NCBI RefSeq assembly: GCF_006345805.1
Contig: NW_021825931.1
Span: 1-14,013, forward strand
Reading direction: 5' to 3'
DNA length: 14,013 nt
From: Octopus sinensis
Taxonomy: Eukaryota
Shown here: positions 9,919 through 14,013 of the stretch, one piece after another
Numbering within the stretch: the stretch's first letter is position 1
Layout: each line of letters starts with the position of its first letter
Program-made: the position numbers and the translations under genes
The notes under the pieces: model-generated
Database searches by the model: none
What the model saw: the letters and a program-made list of their open reading frames with translations, nothing else
What the model was told of the DNA's origin: nothing

Positions 9919-9948
9919 ACACTTTTGCAAGAATGGTGTTGATTGTAG

Positions 9949-10019
9949 CTTCGAAGTCTTGGCCTGCTTATCCTTCATTGGAGTGTCCGATGAAGGTCAA
10001 GCGAGCCGAAGCTTCAAAG
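9949..10019. other. 71-nt imperfect inverted repeat (34-bp arms) with hammerhead-like arms
   Basis: Arms 9949-9982 and 9986-10019 surround a GTG loop. By hand count: 25 Watson-Crick pairs, 4 G-T pairs and 5 mismatches. The core is CCTTCATTGGA-GTG-TCCGATGAAGG. Confidence 0.75.
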
Positions 10020-10032
10020 ACGTGACAACATC

Positions 10033-11078
10033 AAGGAAATGACTTCGAGAATTAGAGAAGAAGCTAATGCAAGCAGCAAAGAAAATGAAAAGTCTTAAAG
10101 TATGCAGAAGAAAGCGAGCACTCTATGGGTCAGAGGTGATGGCACTTAACAGCAAGGACGGACTCACAGTAACGGACAAATGGTAGTTGGTGTGGGAATG
10201 TAAAACCTTCTACACCAACCGTTGTAAAGCATTAGTGAAACACAATTTTCCATAGATACAAATGTTGGAAGAAGTGGCACATATTCTGGTCAGTGTCCTC
10301 AATCTAGTAAAAGCAGATAAAGCTCCAGGAAAAGAACAGGGATGTTAAGATGCGGAGGAGAAGTGCTGTGGAAAATCCTCTTTCTATGCTTTAGTCGTTA
10401 TTTGAAGGAGGGTAAAATACCCTCGCCGTGGAAAGATTTGAATTCTATCTTGTTTCAAAAGAAGGGTTTATAAAGAGAGTTTGAAGACCCTATCGGCCCA
10501 TATGCCTCTTGTCTCATATCTGTTTGCTGTTTATAAAGTTTTAGTTACCAGACTATCGAAAGATCTGGATGACCAGTGGCCGAAGGTGAAAGTAGGTTTC
10601 CGTAACAACTACAAAACGATGGATTGCAATATTCACTGTATCACAGCTTATAGAACGAGCTTATAGAAGGTGAGAACGAATAAAGCTGCCTCTGTGCATC
10701 ACTTTCGTTGACTAGGGAAAGGCTTCAGATAACGTCGAGATGAAAGCTATGCTGAAATCTCTAAAAATGCAAGGTGTCATGGCACAATATACGAAATTGC
10801 TCAAGGATGCAAACTGTAGATGCACCACTGTAGATATAGCTCTGCTGTCGCTACCAGTAAGAGTTCGAGTTGGAAAGGGCACCAAATAAGGAAATACCAT
10901 CTCTTCAAAAGCTCTTTACTGTATCTCTAGAAATGGCTATCAGAGACATTGGATAGGTAGCGTGAACAGTAACAGCAATCTACCAACACACTCTCGATTC
11001 GCAGTTGATACTGAACGCATCGACAAAGCCATAGATGAGATGCAGATAAAGGATTCCACCACACTACTTAAATCCTAA
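10033..11078 (+). pseudogene. Decayed RTE-clade LINE ORF (pre-RT linker plus reverse transcriptase up to the YADD-equivalent motif), with multiple stops and frameshifts
   Basis: Ordered motifs across frames: EKKLMQAAKKMKSLKVCRR; KADKAPGK (about 10310-10333); MLRCGGEVLWKIL..FSRYLKEGKIPSPWKD..SILFQKKG (from 10342); YRPICLLSH (from 10491); KVLVTRLSKDLDDQWPKVKVGFRNNYKTMD; IFTVSQLIERA; KLPLCITFVD*GKASDNVE; VGKGTK*GNTISSK/LFT; HSRFAVD (RFAVD 10995-11009). These match the RTE RT domains (YRPIxLL, QAGFR, FVDYEKAFDSV, GVRQGD, LRFADD). Confidence 0.9.
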
Positions 11079-11382
11079 GTGGAGGCACATGGCCTAGTGA
11101 TTAGAGCAGCGGACTCGCGGTCGAGGGATCGCAGGTTCGAATCTCAGACAGGGCGATGTGCGTGTTTATGAGAGAAACACCTAAGCTCCACGCAGCTCCG
11201 GCAGGAGGTAATGGCGAACTTCTGCTGACTCTTTCGCCACAACTTTCTCTCACTCTTTCCTCCTGCATCTTGCAGCTCACCTGCGACGGATTGGCGTCCC
11301 GTCCAGGTGGGGAACCTATACGCCAAGGAAACCGGGAAGCCGGTCCTAATGATCCAGGCGTGGCTCGAGAAGGAACAAAAAA
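11079..11382 (+). mobile_element. tRNA(Arg)-like SINE, family B (tail type 2), full length with TSD, inserted into the RTE remnant
   Basis: A box TGGCCTAGTGA (11090-11100), B box GGTTCGAATC (11134-11143) and an A-rich end. Flanking ACTTAAATCCTAA (11066-11078) and ACTTAAATAATAA (11383-11395) match 11/13. Confidence 0.85.
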
Positions 11383-11508
11383 ACTTAAATAATAAAACCG
11401 AAACTTTTAGCAAATGCAAGCGCCCGGACAAATTTCTTTGTCGTATTGGGGGTTACCACCCTCTCAAGATTGAACCGTTATAGAATATATATATATATAT
11501 ATATATAT

Positions 11509-11560
11509 GGTGCCCCAGAATGGCCACAACCTTAGAGCTGAAACATATAAAATAATATAA
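11509..11560 (+). mobile_element. SINE family A 3' tail fragment
   Basis: GGTGCCCCAGAATGGCCACAACCTTAGAGCTGAAACATATAAAATAA resembles the family A tail (GGTGCTCCAGCATGGCCGCAGTC..ACTGAAACAAGTAAA). Confidence 0.55.
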
Positions 11561-11772
11561 GTGTGTGATTCCTCTACCACCCCTTGACAACCGGTGTTGG
11601 TTTTTGTGCATCCCTGTAACTAGATGGCTCAGCGAAATAGACCGAGAGAATAAATAACAGATTTTAAAATAGACAGTAGTTTCGATTTGTTCAAATAAAA
11701 ACCCTTCAAGTCATGCTCCAGTATGGTCGTCATTCAACGACTGAAGCAAAAGGAAGGTAAAACAAAAGATAA
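11561..11772 (+). mobile_element. SINE family A, diverged 3' half
   Basis: CTTGACAACCGGTGTTGG, GACCGAGAGAATAA, TTCGATTTGTTCAAATAAAAACCCTTCAAG and TGCTCCAGTATGG..ACTGAAGCAAAAG occur in the same order as in 6970-7166. Confidence 0.7.
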
Positions 11773-12279
11773 CGCGCATACACACCCACACTCGCGCATT
11801 GAGACATATATACTCACATACATACTTACATAGATCGGTGCATGCATTCTTACGTGCATATGCTTACAAACTTACGTCTAAATATAAACGAAGCAATGGC
11901 TAAGTTACTTTCTTTCATCTGAACTGCTGATAAGGAAACAATGACAATAGCGTATGGTATATTAAACGTAAGTATGGAGGACATTGTTATAGGAACCAAT
12001 AATACATAAATAAGTAAATAAATAGATAAATAAATAAAAGATGCAGACCCTTCCATCACACATAGACTTAAGAATAGACTATAAGTGGACAAAGAATAAC
12101 TTACAAAGTACCCGTTGACCCATTAATAAGGATTTTGATCCCTTTTCATGCTAATAATGTAAATCATACTCTGCTAAATTAATACCACGACGCTTAGTAC
12201 ACATACATAAATATACAGACAGGCAATTACGCATATAAGCATATATAATACGTTTATATGCAAATAAAAGTGTACGTGC

Positions 12280-12408
12280 GTATGTATGTATATGTTATAT
12301 ACATACATACGTACATACACACACATATATATAGATATATATGTATTTATGTATGTATATATATATATATATCTATATATATATATATATATATGTATAT
12401 ATAGTATG

Positions 12409-12450
<42 letters not shown>
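12280..12450. repeat. (TA)n/(TATG)n microsatellite
   Basis: Seen directly. Confidence 0.95.
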
Positions 12451-12451
<1 letters not shown>

Positions 12452-12600
12452 AGTTAACCCTAACAAGAAAGAAGGGAAGAAGGGAAGAAGGAGGGTTTAA
12501 CGTTTCGAGCGGAGCTCTTCGTCGGAATCATAGGAGAAGGAAAGATCCCAAGAAGGGAAGACAGAGGAAAAAAATCGACAGCGGTACTCACGAGGTCACA
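12452..12600 (-). mobile_element. Short Penelope-like terminal (pLTR-type) fragment or non-autonomous derivative, inserted in (TA)n
   Basis: A ~150-bp non-microsatellite island with (TA)n on both sides. It is pyrimidine-rich on the minus strand and contains a minimal hammerhead motif. The Penelope assignment rests on the established association of minimal type I hammerheads with PLE terminal repeats. Confidence 0.55.
12495..12529 (-). ncRNA. Minimal type I hammerhead ribozyme-like motif (variant core)
   Basis: The minus strand reads GATT-CCGACGA-A-GAGC-TCC-GCTC-GAAAC-GTT-AAAC. It has a core CCGACGA (U4C relative to CUGANGA), an extra A, a perfect 4-bp stem II, GAAA, a palindromic ACGU helix III and a GUU triplet. 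Stem I (GAUU/AAAC) has one mismatch. Confidence 0.65.
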
Positions 12601-12879
12601 TATATATATATATGTATTTATGTATATATATATATATATACATACGTACGTTCATACGCTTAATGTGTGTGTGTGTGTATCTATGTGTTTGTGTGTGTTC
12701 GTAGATGCAGACATACGCTCGTGGACATATAAATCTTAGTCGATATTGTCGTGTTGTCACATTTCTCAATAATGATATTAATAATGATCGTTTTCATACT
12801 AACCTCCACTTCTGCCTCTTCCCCTCCTCCCCGCCTCCTCCTCCCCTCCTCCTTCTTTAGTTTCTTGTGTTTCATCAAT

Positions 12880-13162
12880 GACTACAACCAAAACCAGCAA
12901 CAATAGCTGTGATGTCAAGATGGGCAACAACAACAATAACAACAACAACAACAACAACAGCAACAACAACAGCAACAACAACAGCAATAACAACGGCAAT
13001 AACAACAAAAACAAAAAGACAATGAATTCACGAACGCCATCTCATTATCCCCGTCTTCATCATCATTCTTGTCGTCATCATCATCATAATCACCATCATC
13101 ATCATCATCATTATCATCAACAGCATCATCATTATGCTCATCACCATCATCATCACCATCAC

Positions 13163-13195
<33 letters not shown>

Positions 13196-14013
13196 CATCA
13201 TCGTCATCATCGTCGTCGTCGTCGTCGTCGTCGTCGTCCGTCGTCGACGTCATCATCATCATCATCATCATCATCAATCATCATGATCACCATCATCAAG
13301 ATCATTCTGTGTAATAAAGCAACCATCAACAATAGTTTTAATATCATCCATGACAACAATACCTTCATCGTCAATCTCAGTTCATTAACAACCATCATCG
13401 CCGTCATTAATTAACATCGGCATCATCATCGTCGACATTGAACAACAGCGAAGATCATATCATCATCATCATCATCATCATCATTATCATTATCATTAAA
13501 CCTATCGTCGTGAACATCATCACAGTCAGCATCACCATCATTAGTAATATACCCACCATCAAATCACCACCACCACCACCACCATTACCTCATCATCTCT
13601 ATCAACACAACAGTAATGGTAGCAAGAACTACAACCACCACCACAACCATAACTACCACCACCACTACGATCGCTACCACAACACAAACAAACCTTACCA
13701 CCACCGCCATCACCACCACCGCCATCACCACTACCACCACTACCACCGCAACAGTAACATATAGGCACCATACTATTACCAACACTACCGCCAAACAATC
13801 GCCACTACAACAATAAAAACAACCAGAACAACCACCACAAGCACCACTACCATCACCACTACTACTAACACCACAAACAACCACACAACAACAACAGCAA
13901 CAATATAACTACGAAGAAGCACCTTACACTAAACGCTGAACCAGGTAAACAAACCACAACCCTAACAATAACAACAACATCACAAACAACAACAACAACA
14001 ACAACAGCTTCAT
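12880..14013. repeat. Large compound trinucleotide array (CAA/CAG/CAT/CGT/CAC/TAC), continuing to the window end
   Basis: Seen directly; the + strand is strongly G-depleted, especially beyond about 13550. Confidence 0.9.

Noticed and set aside
11079-11155. tRNA gene call for the SINE heads (also 3640-3712)
   Set aside because: A/B boxes are present, but no full acceptor stem forms and the sequence continues into SINE body with TSDs. These are SINE heads, not tRNAs.
12455-12464. TTAACCCTAAC, about 1.5 telomeric TTAGGG units at the end of the hammerhead element (also a single CCCTAA near 13960)
   Set aside because: Too short to exceed chance expectation. There is no telomeric array, so a telomere-associated Athena-like element is not supported.
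12878-13414. 178-aa ORF with Asn/His/Arg/Ser/Ile runs (and similar ORFs at 8108-9227 and 13438-13884)
   Set aside because: These are translations of CAA/CAT/CGT/CAC arrays, which lack stop codons by composition. There is no globular domain and no splice context.
1-14013. CRISPR arrays, operons or other prokaryotic systems
   Set aside because: No regularly spaced repeat-spacer structure, and the sequence is clearly eukaryotic repeat-rich DNA.

Overview
This is AT-rich, repeat-saturated eukaryotic non-coding DNA (intronic or intergenic). It is most likely from an octopod cephalopod (Octopus-like), judged from my recollection of its SINE families and the extreme microsatellite density; I could not verify this by search. 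I see no intact protein-coding gene. Almost all listed ORFs are translations of microsatellites or antisense/off-frame reads of repeats; the clear exception is 10481..10666, part of which is in frame with a decayed reverse transcriptase. Supported contents: a TA-flanked mariner-derived MITE (432-645); tRNA-derived SINEs of about three families, several full length and two with target-site duplications; a 553-bp element embedded in (TTA)n; a frameshifted RTE-clade LINE remnant (about 10033-11078) interrupted by a SINE; and large compound di/trinucleotide arrays. The most interesting signals are RNA-structural. A short (TA)n-embedded element at 12452-12600 carries a minimal Penelope-type hammerhead ribozyme motif with a variant core (CCGACGA-A...GAAAC-GUU). 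A 71-nt imperfect inverted repeat at 9949-10019 has two arms that each resemble a decayed copy of the same variant hammerhead core.
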